Positions 1-11,233 of a stretch of 64,000 bases of DNA are shown in pieces (position 1 is the first letter of the stretch; the number at the start of each line of letters is the position of its first letter). Position numbers and translations under genes: made by a program. Source of the stretch: Pachysolen tannophilus NRRL Y-2460 (lineage: Eukaryota); the NCBI GenBank assembly GCA_001661245.1, contig KV454011.1, forward strand, positions 124,001-188,000, read 5' to 3'. The notes under the pieces were generated by a model, which was not told the origin of the DNA, did no database searches, and worked only from the letters and a program-made list of their open reading frames with translations.

Positions 1-608
1 AAGAAGGAGATGATGATATAAACAGAAGCAACAATGAGGAGTTTATGAAAGGTTTACGAGAGATTGAGACTATGGGATTGGTTGATATTGGTAATTTAGC
101 ATCTTGGACTGTATCTTCATTTAAACAAGGTTCTGGAATTCTGGAATTACGTGATGATAATCCTGCAACTTATTGGCAAAGTGATGGGTCTCAACCACAT
201 AGTGTTGCTTTACATTTTGCGAAAAGAGTATCTATTGAAAGAATCTCAATATATACAAATTATTTATTAGATGAAAGTTATACTCCCTTGGTGATGAATG
301 TTACAGCAGGCACTGGAGACCATGATCTATTAGAAGTTGCTAGCTGTGAATTAAAAGAACCTGTAGGCTGGTCACATATAATTTTTAACGGAATTAGAAA
401 TGATGGTGTATTGAAAACTTTCTTAATAAAAATTGTAATCATGGCAAATCATCAAAATGGTAAAGACACACACATAAGGTGCTTGAAAATTTACCAACCA
501 AGTAACTCAACTGTTAATAAGAATTCATTCCTGAACCAAGACCTTAATAGTGGCCTAGGCTTGAATTTTAAAAGTATCAAAATGTTAAGTGAATCAACCA
601 TAAGGTAA
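1..608 (+). CDS. DOC1: APC/C subunit Apc10/Doc1, probably 5'-truncated by the window edge
   Basis: Motifs ASWTVSSFKQG, LRDDNPATYWQSDGSQPH, DESYTP and NHQNGKDTHIR match APC10. The frame is open from base 3, so the true start is probably upstream. Confidence 0.93.
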   Translation, partial: EGDDDINRSNNEEFMKGLREIETMGLVDIGNLASWTVSSFKQGSGILELRDDNPATYWQSDGSQPHSVALHFAKRVSIERISIYTNYLLDESYTPLVMNVTAGTGDHDLLEVASCELKEPVGWSHIIFNGIRNDGVLKTFLIKIVIMANHQNGKDTHIRCLKIYQPSNSTVNKNSFLNQDLNSGLGLNFKSIKMLSESTIR

Positions 609-633
609 CTTCCAGTTTCCAACTTCCTACTAT

Positions 634-670
634 GTGTTCCGAAAACGGCCAAATTGTGGTTTCGGAACAC
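634..670. repeat. 11-bp perfect inverted repeat GTGTTCCGAAA / TTTCGGAACAC
   Basis: Arms at 634-644 and 660-670, between the DOC1 stop and the CSE1 start. Confidence 0.8.
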
Positions 671-1039
671 TACTGTTTTGTGTGGATTTTTTTTTTTAAG
701 AAAAAAAAATTGTTTTCAAAAAAATTTATTGGAATTTTGAAAAATTTTGAGTGTAAAACAAGTGCAAAACAAGAAATTATTTAATATTATATATATATTT
801 GATCTCATTGAAATAAATTAATTGGAAATTTATTTGGAGTTTAAACTCGATTTAAGCAATTTAATGGATTAAATTGTTTCCAGATAACTCATTCATTTTG
901 GTTGTTTGTGCAAAATAGTTGTAAATTAGTTTGTTTGTTTGTTTGTTTTTTTTTTAAAAAAAAGTAAATAAATAAAATAAAATAAAATAAAAATAAAATA
1001 AAATAAATAGAAAAGTTCAAATTTTAAAATTTGGTTTCC

Positions 1040-3970
1040 ATGTCGCAACAAGATATAGCTAATTTACTAGATCAATCCATCAATTCATCAACAGCAAAGA
1101 TTGCTGAGAATGGGTTGCGGCAGCTTGAAGGCCAGCCCGGTTTTGCACTCAATTTGTTGGAAGTTGTTGCATCTTCTTCATTACCAATAACAACAAGATT
1201 AGCTGGATCACTTTTTTTCAAAAATTTTATTAAGAGGAAATTTATTGATGAAGATGGTAATTATAAGATTCCTTTAGGAGATGTTGACTTGTTGAAAAAA
1301 AATATTATATCATTAATGATACTGTTACCAAATAATTTACAAGTACAAGTTGGTGAAGCTGTATCAATTATTGCAGATTCTGATTTTCCAGATAGATGGC
1401 CAGATTTATTAGATGATTTGGTAGGAAAATTATCTACCGAGGATATGGTAACTAATAAGGGAGTCTTAACAGTGGCGCATTCAATTTTTAAAAGATGGAG
1501 ACCTTTATTTGGATCGGATGAATTATTTTCAGAAATTAAATTGGTATTAGATAAATTTGCTCAACCTTTTTTAAAATTATTACTTCAAGTTGACCTGTTA
1601 ATTGATAATAATCAACAAAATAAAAAACAATTACAAGAATTATTTGATGTTTTATTATTGTTAATTAAGATTTATTATGATTTAAATTGTCAAGATATTC
1701 CTGAATTTTTTGAAGATAATTTAAAAATTGGAATGTCTATAATGCATAAATATTTAAGTTATTCCAATACATTATTAGAAGATATAAATGATGAACAAGA
1801 AATTGATATCAATACAAAAGTTAAAACTTCAATATGTGAATTGGTTCAACTTTATACTAGAAGATATGAAGATGTATTTGGAGATTTAATTCAACAATTT
1901 ATTCAACCAATTTGGGATCTTTTAACAAATATTGGACCTCAACCAAAATATGATATCTTGGTATCAAAATCACTTTCATTTTTAACTTCTGTTGCCAAAA
2001 TCCCAAAACATTCAAATATTTTTAAATCACCAGAAATTTTAAAAGAAATTACAGAAAAAGTTATAATTCCAAGTATGACTTTAAGAGAGGTTGATGAAGA
2101 ATTATTTGAAGATGATCCAATTGAATATACAAGAAGAGATTTAGAAGGTTCGGATTCTGATACAAGAAGAAGAGCAGCTACTGATTTCTTAAGAGAATTG
2201 AAAAATAATGATGAAAATTTAGTTACAAATACAGTGATGATTTATGTTAATCATTATTTAGCTGAATTTAAAAATGATAATTCCAAATGGAGATCTAAAG
2301 ATATTGCTGTTTATTTTTTTAGTGCATTAGCATCAAAAGGTTCAGTAACAAATAGTGGTGTTAGTGCTACAAACTTGTTATTAGATGTTATTCAATTTTT
2401 CACTGCTAATATTGCACCTGATTTGATCTCAGCAAATGTTCATCCAATTTTAAAAGTTGATGCTATTAAATATATCTATAGTTTTAGAAATCAATTGACA
2501 AAACAACAACTTTTAGAAGCATTCCCATTGTTATCAGCACATTTTCAAAGTAATGATTATGCTGTTTATACATATACAGCAATAACAATTGAAAAAATTT
2601 TGTCATTGAGAAATCCAGAAGACCATTCAAAATTATTATTCAGTAAAAAAGACATTTCAAAAGAAGCAAGTTTTGAATTAATAATGAATTTATTCAGATT
2701 AATTTTTTCAAGAGGTGATACTCCTGAAAAATTGGCAGAAAATGAATTTTTAATGAAATGTATAATGAGAGTCTTGTTAACTACTGAAGATAGTTTGGAC
2801 CAACTGTCATTAGATATCTTACAACAATTACTAAGAGCAGTGGATATTATTTCTAAGAATCCATCAAACCCAAGATTTTCACATTATACTTTTGAATCAA
2901 TTGGTGCATTGATCAAATTCAACCATAAACATCAACAGCAGCAGTACATTAATTTGGTTTTCCCAATTTTTGGTAATTCAATATTACTTCTGGACGTTCA
3001 AGAATTTATTCCTTATGTTTTCCAAATTTTGGCTTATTTACTAGAAATATTACCAGATCAAGTTCCATTACCAGAAGAATACAGACAATTAATAAAGCCT
3101 TTGTTATCACCATCTATTTGGGAGTTCAAAGGTAATGTACCTGCTGTGACAAGAGCATTACAAGCAATAATTAAAAAATCACCAGCAGATTTTAATGGTG
3201 ATGCTGGAATAACCCCAGTTTTGGGAGTTTTCCAAAAATTAATATCATCAAAATCAAATGACTCTTATGGATTTGATTTGTTGGAATATATTTTAATCTA
3301 TTCGGATTTAAACAATTTACAAAAATTTTTAAATCAAATTGTTATGATATTATTACAAAGATTACAAAATTCAAGATCTGAAAAATATGTTAAACGGTTT
3401 ATTCTATTTATTTGTCTTATTGCAAGTTTTGGTAATAATCCAAATCTTGTAAATGAAAATAAAAATAATTTGAGTTCAAAATTTATTTTTAAATTTATAG
3501 ATGAAGTTCAAGATGGTCTTTTTGGTCAAATATTAAGTAATTTCATAATTCCTTCAAGTTTAAAATTTAACAATTTAAATGATAGGAAATTAATCATTAT
3601 TGGTTTAACAAAATTAATTACAGAAAATGAAGAATTTTTGGGTATTTATCAGGATAAATTCATACCTGTATTGACAAATTTAATCAAATTGACTACATCA
3701 GAATCAATTAAAAATTATAAAGAGGATTCGGTTATGCCATTAAATGATTCTTTGGAAGATTTTACTTTTAATTCTTCTTTCAATAAATTAGTTACCATAC
3801 CTTTGAAAAAAATTGATCCATATCCAAATATTATAACTAAAAATGAATTGAAAGATTTTTTCAAGCAACACCTTTTACAATTCAGTCAATTGAATAATAG
3901 TATTTTAAGCAATATTACAGCAAGTTTAGGTCCTCAGGATCAAGAAAGTTTAAGAGAATTGGGTATTTAA
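1040..3970 (+). CDS. CSE1: Exportin-2/Cse1, importin-alpha export receptor
   Basis: IBN_N-type N-terminus; LPNNLQVQVGEAVSIIADSDFPDRWP, DLNCQDIPEFFEDN, EDDPIEYTRRDLEGSDSDTRRRAATDFLREL. First ATG at 1040. Confidence 0.97.
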   Translation: MSQQDIANLLDQSINSSTAKIAENGLRQLEGQPGFALNLLEVVASSSLPITTRLAGSLFFKNFIKRKFIDEDGNYKIPLGDVDLLKKNIISLMILLPNNLQVQVGEAVSIIADSDFPDRWPDLLDDLVGKLSTEDMVTNKGVLTVAHSIFKRWRPLFGSDELFSEIKLVLDKFAQPFLKLLLQVDLLIDNNQQNKKQLQELFDVLLLLIKIYYDLNCQDIPEFFEDNLKIGMSIMHKYLSYSNTLLEDINDEQEIDINTKVKTSICELVQLYTRRYEDVFGDLIQQFIQPIWDLLTNIGPQPKYDILVSKSLSFLTSVAKIPKHSNIFKSPEILKEITEKVIIPSMTLREVDEELFEDDPIEYTRRDLEGSDSDTRRRAATDFLRELKNNDENLVTNTVMIYVNHYLAEFKNDNSKWRSKDIAVYFFSALASKGSVTNSGVSATNLLLDVIQFFTANIAPDLISANVHPILKVDAIKYIYSFRNQLTKQQLLEAFPLLSAHFQSNDYAVYTYTAITIEKILSLRNPEDHSKLLFSKKDISKEASFELIMNLFRLIFSRGDTPEKLAENEFLMKCIMRVLLTTEDSLDQLSLDILQQLLRAVDIISKNPSNPRFSHYTFESIGALIKFNHKHQQQQYINLVFPIFGNSILLLDVQEFIPYVFQILAYLLEILPDQVPLPEEYRQLIKPLLSPSIWEFKGNVPAVTRALQAIIKKSPADFNGDAGITPVLGVFQKLISSKSNDSYGFDLLEYILIYSDLNNLQKFLNQIVMILLQRLQNSRSEKYVKRFILFICLIASFGNNPNLVNENKNNLSSKFIFKFIDEVQDGLFGQILSNFIIPSSLKFNNLNDRKLIIIGLTKLITENEEFLGIYQDKFIPVLTNLIKLTTSESIKNYKEDSVMPLNDSLEDFTFNSSFNKLVTIPLKKIDPYPNIITKNELKDFFKQHLLQFSQLNNSILSNITASLGPQDQESLRELGI

Positions 3971-4025
3971 TTAATTTTTTTGCTACCCTGATCAATTGTT
4001 TTTTTTTTTTATTTTTTTTTTTTTT

Positions 4026-4748
4026 NNNNNNNNNNNNNNNNNNNNNNNNNNNNNNNNNNNNNNNNNNNNNNNNNNNNNNNNNNNNNNNNNNNNNNNNNNN
4101 NNNNNNNNNNNNNNNNNNNNNNNNNNNNNNNNNNNNNNNNNNNNNNNNNNNNNNNNNNNNNNNNNNNNNNNNNNNNNNNNNNNNNNNNNNNNNNNNNNNN
4201 NNNNNNNNNNNNNNNNNNNNNNNNNNNNNNNNNNNNNNNNNNNNNNNNNNNNNNNNNNNNNNNNNNNNNNNNNNNNNNNNNNNNNNNNNNNNNNNNNNNN
4301 NNNNNNNNNNNNNNNNNNNNNNNNNNNNNNNNNNNNNNNNNNNNNNNNNNNNNNNNNNNNNNNNNNNNNNNNNNNNNNNNNNNNNNNNNNNNNNNNNNNN
4401 NNNNNNNNNNNNNNNNNNNNNNNNNNNNNNNNNNNNNNNNNNNNNNNNNNNNNNNNNNNNNNNNNNNNNNNNNNNNNNNNNNNNNNNNNNNNNNNNNNNN
4501 NNNNNNNNNNNNNNNNNNNNNNNNNNNNNNNNNNNNNNNNNNNNNNNNNNNNNNNNNNNNNNNNNNNNNNNNNNNNNNNNNNNNNNNNNNNNNNNNNNNN
4601 NNNNNNNNNNNNNNNNNNNNNNNNNNNNNNNNNNNNNNNNNNNNNNNNNNNNNNNNNNNNNNNNNNNNNNNNNNNNNNNNNNNNNNNNNNNNNNNNNNNN
4701 NNNNNNNNNNNNNNNNNNNNNNNNNNNNNNNNNNNNNNNNNNNNNNNN
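4026..4748. other. Assembly gap (N run) flanked by poly-T and poly-A
   Basis: Run of N. Confidence 0.99.
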
Positions 4749-4771
4749 AAAAAAAAAAAAAAAAGTCCAGT

Positions 4772-5749
4772 TTAATCATCATTATTTGCAGTACTTAAAT
4801 TATCAGTTTCTTGATTTAACAATTCATTATTATTATTATTTTCCTTATCTAGACCATTTTTTTCTAAATTTCCATTAATATTGGCTAATGTTTCATTACT
4901 AGTATTACTTGTAGTATTACTTAATTGTGTTTCAAAATCACCAGATTGTTCTTTAACTAAATTTGTAAAATTAGAATTATTATTAAGTTGTTGTTCTTTA
5001 TTAGGCACTATAGATTCTGAATCATTTCTTGTTGTATCTGAATCACTATTTGTCTTTTTAATATAACTTTCTGATTCATAATTAATTGAATTTGGAGTAT
5101 TTACTTCCAAATTTTTATCATTTATATTTGATTCCAGATTCAAATTACCACTTTCTTGTTGTTTTTCAAATTCTTTCATTTTTTCTAATCTTTCTCTTTC
5201 TGCAATTTCAGCAGCAGTTAAAAACCTACCACCTTGACCTCTTGGTCTTCTCATGGCATGTTTATGTCTTGATTCATGAAGATAAGGTTTCCTACCTCTT
5301 GCAATTTTCAAACTTTCTTCAAGTTTTGCTCTTGCTATTCTTCTTTTCAAAATTCTATGGTATTGTTTTGCATTAACGTAGAAAGGTTGCTCTGAAGAAT
5401 CTTGCTGTTGCTGCAGAGACAGAGGCAGAGGCAGCGACAACTGCTGCTGCTGTTGTAGTTGAAGCTGCTGCTGATGAAGCTGTTGCTGCTGATGATGAAC
5501 AAATGCCTCTTCACCCACCTGGTTATCCAACACCGGTGTATTCTCCATAGATTCATAAGCAGACTCATCCAATGACGGCGAAGTATAGTACTGTTGCTGC
5601 TGCTGATGCTGAATCAGCTGGTGTTGTTGAAGCAGCAGCAGCTGCTGCTGCTGCTGTTTCTGATAATTTGAATTCGTATAATCAAGATACTGATTAACAT
5701 CATGCTGCGATGCTATCGAGTTATCTAAAATCGGCATTTCCGTAGCCAT
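4772..5749 (-). CDS. HAP2: CCAAT-binding factor subunit Hap2/NF-YA
   Basis: [25 protein letters not shown]...[26 protein letters not shown]-rich N-terminus; next to CSE1 as in S. cerevisiae. Confidence 0.97.
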   Translation of the reverse strand: MATEMPILDNSIASQHDVNQYLDYTNSNYQKQQQQQLLLLQQHQLIQHQQQQQYYTSPSLDESAYESMENTPVLDNQVGEEAFVHHQQQQLHQQQLQLQQQQQLSLPLPLSLQQQQDSSEQPFYVNAKQYHRILKRRIARAKLEESLKIARGRKPYLHESRHKHAMRRPRGQGGRFLTAAEIAERERLEKMKEFEKQQESGNLNLESNINDKNLEVNTPNSINYESESYIKKTNSDSDTTRNDSESIVPNKEQQLNNNSNFTNLVKEQSGDFETQLSNTTSNTSNETLANINGNLEKNGLDKENNNNNELLNQETDNLSTANNDD

Positions 5750-6256
5750 TTCCCCAACAATGAAAAACTTGAAAAACTTGAAAACTTGAAAACTTGAAAG
5801 CTTACCTTACCACAATTGACCTAACCCAAAAATATCATACAATTTATAAATATATATAAATATATATATTATGAAAATACAATGTCTTTGGAAAGTTTTT
5901 TCTTCTTTTTATTTTTCCCTACTAAAATTTAATAATTACATACAAATCCCAAAAACAGTAGTGTGCGGAACACTCAAAAAAGCCCTTTTTTCTTAATAAT
6001 TTTTTCCCGCTAAATGACGGTAATCAAACAAACGACAAGACCGACAAGAGATTATGGGTAGGAAAAGAAAAGAAAAGAAAAAAAAAGTTAAGTAAAACTA
6101 AGTACCACTGGTGAAAAGTTAATCAACAGAAAAGGAAGAAATAAAAAAAAAAAATTTTTTGGTTACTTATTTGTTTGTTTGTTTGTTTGTTTGTATCTAT
6201 TTTCTTGCGTTTTTTCGTAAAAAAAAAATAATAATAATAAAAAGTTAATAGCGGTT

Positions 6257-6268
6257 AGTCACGTGACT
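6257..6268. promoter_or_regulatory. Palindromic E-box AGTCACGTGACT (Cbf1-type bHLH site)
   Basis: Perfect 12-bp palindrome containing RTCACGTG on both strands, in the divergent HAP2/small-ORF promoter. Confidence 0.65.
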
Positions 6269-6605
6269 TTTGAAAGAAAAAAAAATTTTTTATCGGAAAA
6301 CTTCCTAACATGGAAACTTCTGGTTTTGGCTAATTTCTTTCTTGTATTTGACTTCCTGTTTAAGAACTTTACCGTATTTGGCCTAGAGTGATAAAACTCT
6401 GACTTCCGTATTAGGCAGCTCAACCATAATTACTGGATTTGGACAATTGATTATTTTCTCTTTTTCTTCTTTTCTCATTAATTGAATTAGCTAATTAAAC
6501 AGTTTTAAAATTAATTAATTTAATTAATTAATTAATTTATATTTTATATATTTGATATATACAATCAATCAATTAAAATATTAATATTTATTAAATTATT
6601 GGAAA

Positions 6606-6854
6606 ATGCCATACGTTCTGACATTTAGACCTGCTTATTTATTATTTTTTTTCATTAGACAACCGATTGGTGCTGGTTTATTATACTCAGGATTTTTGTT
6701 TTGGCAATTTGATAGAATTTATGATTGGGGTTTGAAATCAAGTTTTAGAGATTTAAGACAATCTATCTTGGGGTTCCCGACTGATGAAGGACGATGGTTA
6801 AATTTTAAAAAAATTGATAGAGAAAAAAGAAATGAAATGGTTTTGAAAAATTAA
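6606..6854 (+). CDS. Small (82 aa) uncharacterised protein with a hydrophobic N-terminal half
   Basis: ATG in AAAATG context; genome-typical codon usage (TTA, AGA, GAT); complex sequence between low-complexity AT flanks. Confidence 0.65.
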   Translation: MPYVLTFRPAYLLFFFIRQPIGAGLLYSGFLFWQFDRIYDWGLKSSFRDLRQSILGFPTDEGRWLNFKKIDREKRNEMVLKN

Positions 6855-7244
6855 CCGCTATTAATAATTAACTGCTATTACAATCATCATCTATTATTTA
6901 TTTACTTATTTATTTTATTTATTTATTTTATTTATTCAACTTTACTCTTGCACCTGTAGACAAGTGTAGCTTCTCTCCATTTCTTCTCTCTCCATCTCTT
7001 GTCTCTTGTTCTTGTCGTTATCACTAATTAAATAATTTATAAAATCTTGTGTTCTTTTTTTTAGGTAGTGTATTTTGTATCGAAACATATATTGAAAACA
7101 TTAAAGTGAAAATGGTAAACAAACCAAATCTAAACCACTCTTTTTTTGGCATTTTTTGGTCTTTTTTATATGGTAATTGGTTAAATTGATTGTTTAATTT
7201 TTTTAATTAGAGATTCATCGTTTTTCTTCACTGTTGTTGCTACG

Positions 7245-8969
7245 ATGGATGATCTAACTTCTTCGCCTGATTCCCAGCTTTTGTTGGAAGATAGTGGTGG
7301 AACACCAGGTACTCCGAGAACACCTTTACTGCTGCTGCTGTTACTGCTGCTGTCTAATCCGCTGTCTAATCTGCTGTCGTCAAGTCTGCTGCTACTGCCT
7401 AGTCTGTTGAGTGGTTCAAGAGAAAATTCAATTTCACCGTTTCCAAATACTCCTCCAGTGAATAACACAATAGTGATGCTGCCACAAAATACCATCACAC
7501 CAAGATCAAGGATAAGTACGCCAATTAGTAGAGGTATAAGATCAGGTTCTGCTTCAGGTTCTGCTCCTGCTTCAGCTTCAGCATCCGTGAGAAGTAGTAA
7601 AAGACAAAGACGCAAAAGAAGACCTTCAACACCTTACACTTTGAGAGCAATCCTGAAAAATAATGAAACTCCAATAAGAAATAGAAATAATAATAATATT
7701 TTTAATACAGAAACTAAAAGGTATACCCCAAGAGATGATTTGAAATTATTAAGTAGATTATTAGTAAAAGAAAAAGATGATCAAAGAAAGGGAATCAGTG
7801 ATAACGAATCAATTTTTCAACAACAACAACAACAACAACAACAACAGACTTCACATGATTCAGTATTATCAGAAAATACATTAGATGAAATTCAAAGAAG
7901 ACAGAGGTTAAGTAATAGATTAAGCCTTTCAAATAATTTCCCAAGTGATATATTTACAGATTTAGCAATACCTGAAGCAATTGTCCAAGATAGTAATCAG
8001 GATAATAACGATTTACATGACTTTGGAGATTATAACAATAATGAGTACAATGATGATGTAGATATGGATGACAATAATAGAATAATTTTAGGTGGGAAAT
8101 TAAATAGACCAAGTGATATTACACAAAATAATAATACAATTGAAAATTTTGAAAATAATTATAACTATGGTGATGATGATGAAGATGACGATGATGATGA
8201 TGATGACATCAACGATGGCAATGATGGTTTCGATAATTACTATAGCGATGAAATTGGAAATCAAGATTTATCGTTATTAAATGCAGATCCTACAATCATT
8301 AACCAAACTTCAAATCAACATGTTAGAATTTTATCAAAACTACCAGCTAACTCTAATTCTACAACTGACTCGAAAAATAATAATGTCATCCCACTTTCAA
8401 CTTTAAGATATTTATCAAAACAACATTTAGCATCCCAAATAGATGATTATAATAATAATTTTTTCAAACAAAAACAGTTCTCAAAAGAAATGTTATTATT
8501 ATTACAAGAAATCTCAGACGATTTCTTAACAATGCATATGGATGATTTATCCTCTTATGCAGCCCATGGGAATAGAAAAACAATAAATCATAAAGATGTG
8601 ATGTTATTTATGAAAAGAATAAGATTTCTTCAACCACAAAGTGATATCACTGATTTAAATATTTCTGAACCGAAAATAGATTTTAATGAGGAAAATGATC
8701 AATTTTTGAAAAAAAATAATCAAAAAAAATCATTAGTTAATTTGAATACTAAATTATTTTCAATCTCTCATAAATTCTTAAACTTGGAAGATTTGATAGA
8801 AGTGGAAAATTATTTATTTCAAGACGATTTTAAAAAACTTAAGAATACAAATAAGAAACTAAAAGTTGGTATTGATAAAGTTGAAGTCAACAATAACGAA
8901 ATGGATGAGCACAGTAATAGTAGTAGCAATGATCTTGAATATGAAGATACTCAGGAAGTGCTACTGTAA
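7245..8969 (+). CDS. CENP-T/Cnn1-like kinetochore protein: disordered N-terminus plus C-terminal histone fold
   Basis: ISDDFLTMHMDDLSSYAAHGNRKTINHKDVMLFMKR resembles the CENP-T histone fold; N-terminus has many TP/SP sites and TPRDDLKLLSRLL. Confidence 0.8.
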   Translation: MDDLTSSPDSQLLLEDSGGTPGTPRTPLLLLLLLLLSNPLSNLLSSSLLLLPSLLSGSRENSISPFPNTPPVNNTIVMLPQNTITPRSRISTPISRGIRSGSASGSAPASASASVRSSKRQRRKRRPSTPYTLRAILKNNETPIRNRNNNNIFNTETKRYTPRDDLKLLSRLLVKEKDDQRKGISDNESIFQQQQQQQQQQTSHDSVLSENTLDEIQRRQRLSNRLSLSNNFPSDIFTDLAIPEAIVQDSNQDNNDLHDFGDYNNNEYNDDVDMDDNNRIILGGKLNRPSDITQNNNTIENFENNYNYGDDDEDDDDDDDDINDGNDGFDNYYSDEIGNQDLSLLNADPTIINQTSNQHVRILSKLPANSNSTTDSKNNNVIPLSTLRYLSKQHLASQIDDYNNNFFKQKQFSKEMLLLLQEISDDFLTMHMDDLSSYAAHGNRKTINHKDVMLFMKRIRFLQPQSDITDLNISEPKIDFNEENDQFLKKNNQKKSLVNLNTKLFSISHKFLNLEDLIEVENYLFQDDFKKLKNTNKKLKVGIDKVEVNNNEMDEHSNSSSNDLEYEDTQEVLL

Positions 8970-9172
8970 AAATGATAAGAAAATATTTATTAATTCTTTG
9001 TAATATAATGTAATAATAGTGTAATATATTTAATTTTTAATTTTAAACTGATATTATTTTCAACTCCCCATAATGAATATATATATATATATATATATAA
9101 ATTTATATACAAGTAATGTAAAACATGCAACGTTCTCTATAAAATCTACCCATGTTCGTTACAAGCTTTTTT

Positions 9173-11233
9173 TCAAGCACTTATCTGTTTTTCCAATTCA
9201 ACGTCGTAACCTCTTTGTTTCTTGTAGTCATGTTGATTTGACCTAACCATTTTATACATATCAAATATAGCACTAGGAGTAATTCCTTGTATTCTTCTTG
9301 CTTGACCCACTGTTTCTGGTTGAATTGTATTCAACAAGCTAATGACTTCTCCACTTAAAGATCCAATGCAACTATAATCAAATTTCAAAGGTAAAAGTAA
9401 ATTTTCATCTGCTTTAAACGCTCTCAAATACAGTTTTTCCTTTTTCAAATGACCTGCGTAAATACCTTCAATGGTCAACTTGTCCAAGACTCTTTTAGAA
9501 ACAGTATTTAAGCTAGCATTTGGTAATAAAGGTACTAACAAATCTGCTGTTATACCTTCAAACCTCAATATATCGTAAGCAGTCTTTGGTTTACTATCAT
9601 GATTTATATTCAATGTTGGAAGTTGTGATTGCCATTGGTAAGTTGATTGTTTAAAATCTTTCATGATCGAACGCAATTCATTAAGTTGTTGTCTTTCAAA
9701 ATCAAATTTTTGATATCTTTCTTCACCAACAACTCCATGTCTATAACCAATATCTGTTAATCTTAAATCGGCATTATCCGAACGTACACTGACTCTAAAT
9801 TCTGATCTTGAAGTAAACATTCTATAAGGTTCTTCAACACCTTTTGTTATCAAATCATCAATTAAGACACCAATATAAGCATCTGATCTTGATAATTTCA
9901 TTTGGTCCTTATCTAAATATGATAATCCTGCATTTATCCCTGCAACACAACCTTGTGCACAAGCTTCTTCATAACCTGTTGTACCATTAATTTGGCCTGC
10001 CAAAAAGAGACCATCAATTAATTTTGTTTCTAAAGTTTGTTTTAATTCTCTTGGATCAACATAATCATATTCCACACCATATCCCGGTTGTAGCATCTTC
10101 ACATTTTCCAAACCTTTTATAAATCTTAACATTTTCAATTGAATTTCTTCAGGCATAGTTGTTGAAATCCCATTAGGGTATACAACATTTGTATCTATTC
10201 CTTCTGGTTCCAACCAAACTGTATGGGACTCTTTATCTTTAAATCTAATAATCTTAGCTTCTAATGATGGACAATAACGAGGTCCCTTCACGGTTTCTCT
10301 AATATGGAAAGTCTTATCTAAATTTTCCCTAATTAAATTATGTACTTGAAAATTAGTTCTTGTAGCATGGCATAAAAGTTGTTTTTCGATACTAACTTTA
10401 TCATTCATATATGACATTGGTCTTGGAGGATCATCACCATACTGAATTTCTAAATCGGTATAATCTATTGTTGATCCATCTATTCTTGGAGGAGTACCTG
10501 TTTTCAATCTTCCTAAACGGAATCCTGCTTCATTTAAAGTTTTACTTAATCCATATGTTGCCTTTTCACCTATTCTACCCAGAGGATAAGATTTCATACC
10601 AATATGAATTTCTCCACCTAAAAAAGTCCCTGTTGTAATAACAACTTTAGAAGTTTTCAAAATTTCTCCATTCAGCAAGATAATACCTTTTATCTTACCA
10701 TAAGTTCTTCCCTGTGAATCAACATCGTTATTGTTAAATGGTTCAATAATTAAATCTTCAACACTAGCTTCAAGAATTTTCAAATTTGGATAACTCAGCA
10801 ATTCATTTTGCATCTCTTTTAAATAAATACTTCTATCTATTTGTGCTCTTGGACCCCATACTGCAGGACCTCTGGAACTATTTAAATATTTAAATTGAAT
10901 TCCAGCCTTATCAACAATTTTTGGTGCAACTCCATCTAACGCATCAACTTCTCTTAGCAAAGTTCCCTTACCAACACCTCCCATGCTCGGATTACAAGAA
11001 CAAGTTCCTAATTTCTTAAAATCAGGTGTAATCAACGTAGTCAAAGCACCAGACCTTGCTGAACCTGTTGCTGCCTCAATACCAGCATGACCACCGCCTA
11101 TCACCACTACGGGTAAACTCGTTCTTTTAGACAATACTAATTCTAATTCCGGTGTTACCACAATATTCCTCCTAAAAATGGGAAAACATGGCTTCAAAAC
11201 CCTGTGTAAAAGTAATCCTCTCCTAGCAAACAT
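9173..11233 (-). CDS. MTO1: Mitochondrial tRNA U34 modification enzyme Mto1 (GidA/MnmG)
   Basis: [71 protein letters not shown]. First ATG at 11233 gives a presequence-like MFARR. Confidence 0.97.
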   Translation of the reverse strand: MFARRGLLLHRVLKPCFPIFRRNIVVTPELELVLSKRTSLPVVVIGGGHAGIEAATGSARSGALTTLITPDFKKLGTCSCNPSMGGVGKGTLLREVDALDGVAPKIVDKAGIQFKYLNSSRGPAVWGPRAQIDRSIYLKEMQNELLSYPNLKILEASVEDLIIEPFNNNDVDSQGRTYGKIKGIILLNGEILKTSKVVITTGTFLGGEIHIGMKSYPLGRIGEKATYGLSKTLNEAGFRLGRLKTGTPPRIDGSTIDYTDLEIQYGDDPPRPMSYMNDKVSIEKQLLCHATRTNFQVHNLIRENLDKTFHIRETVKGPRYCPSLEAKIIRFKDKESHTVWLEPEGIDTNVVYPNGISTTMPEEIQLKMLRFIKGLENVKMLQPGYGVEYDYVDPRELKQTLETKLIDGLFLAGQINGTTGYEEACAQGCVAGINAGLSYLDKDQMKLSRSDAYIGVLIDDLITKGVEEPYRMFTSRSEFRVSVRSDNADLRLTDIGYRHGVVGEERYQKFDFERQQLNELRSIMKDFKQSTYQWQSQLPTLNINHDSKPKTAYDILRFEGITADLLVPLLPNASLNTVSKRVLDKLTIEGIYAGHLKKEKLYLRAFKADENLLLPLKFDYSCIGSLSGEVISLLNTIQPETVGQARRIQGITPSAIFDMYKMVRSNQHDYKKQRGYDVELEKQISA

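Noticed and set aside
3996..4782. ORFs of about 258 aa across the first gap
   Set aside because: Composed of N bases.
6257..6420. Point centromere (CDEI-like GTCACGTG)
   Set aside because: No long, very AT-rich CDEII followed by a CDEIII consensus, and point centromeres are not expected outside Saccharomycetaceae.
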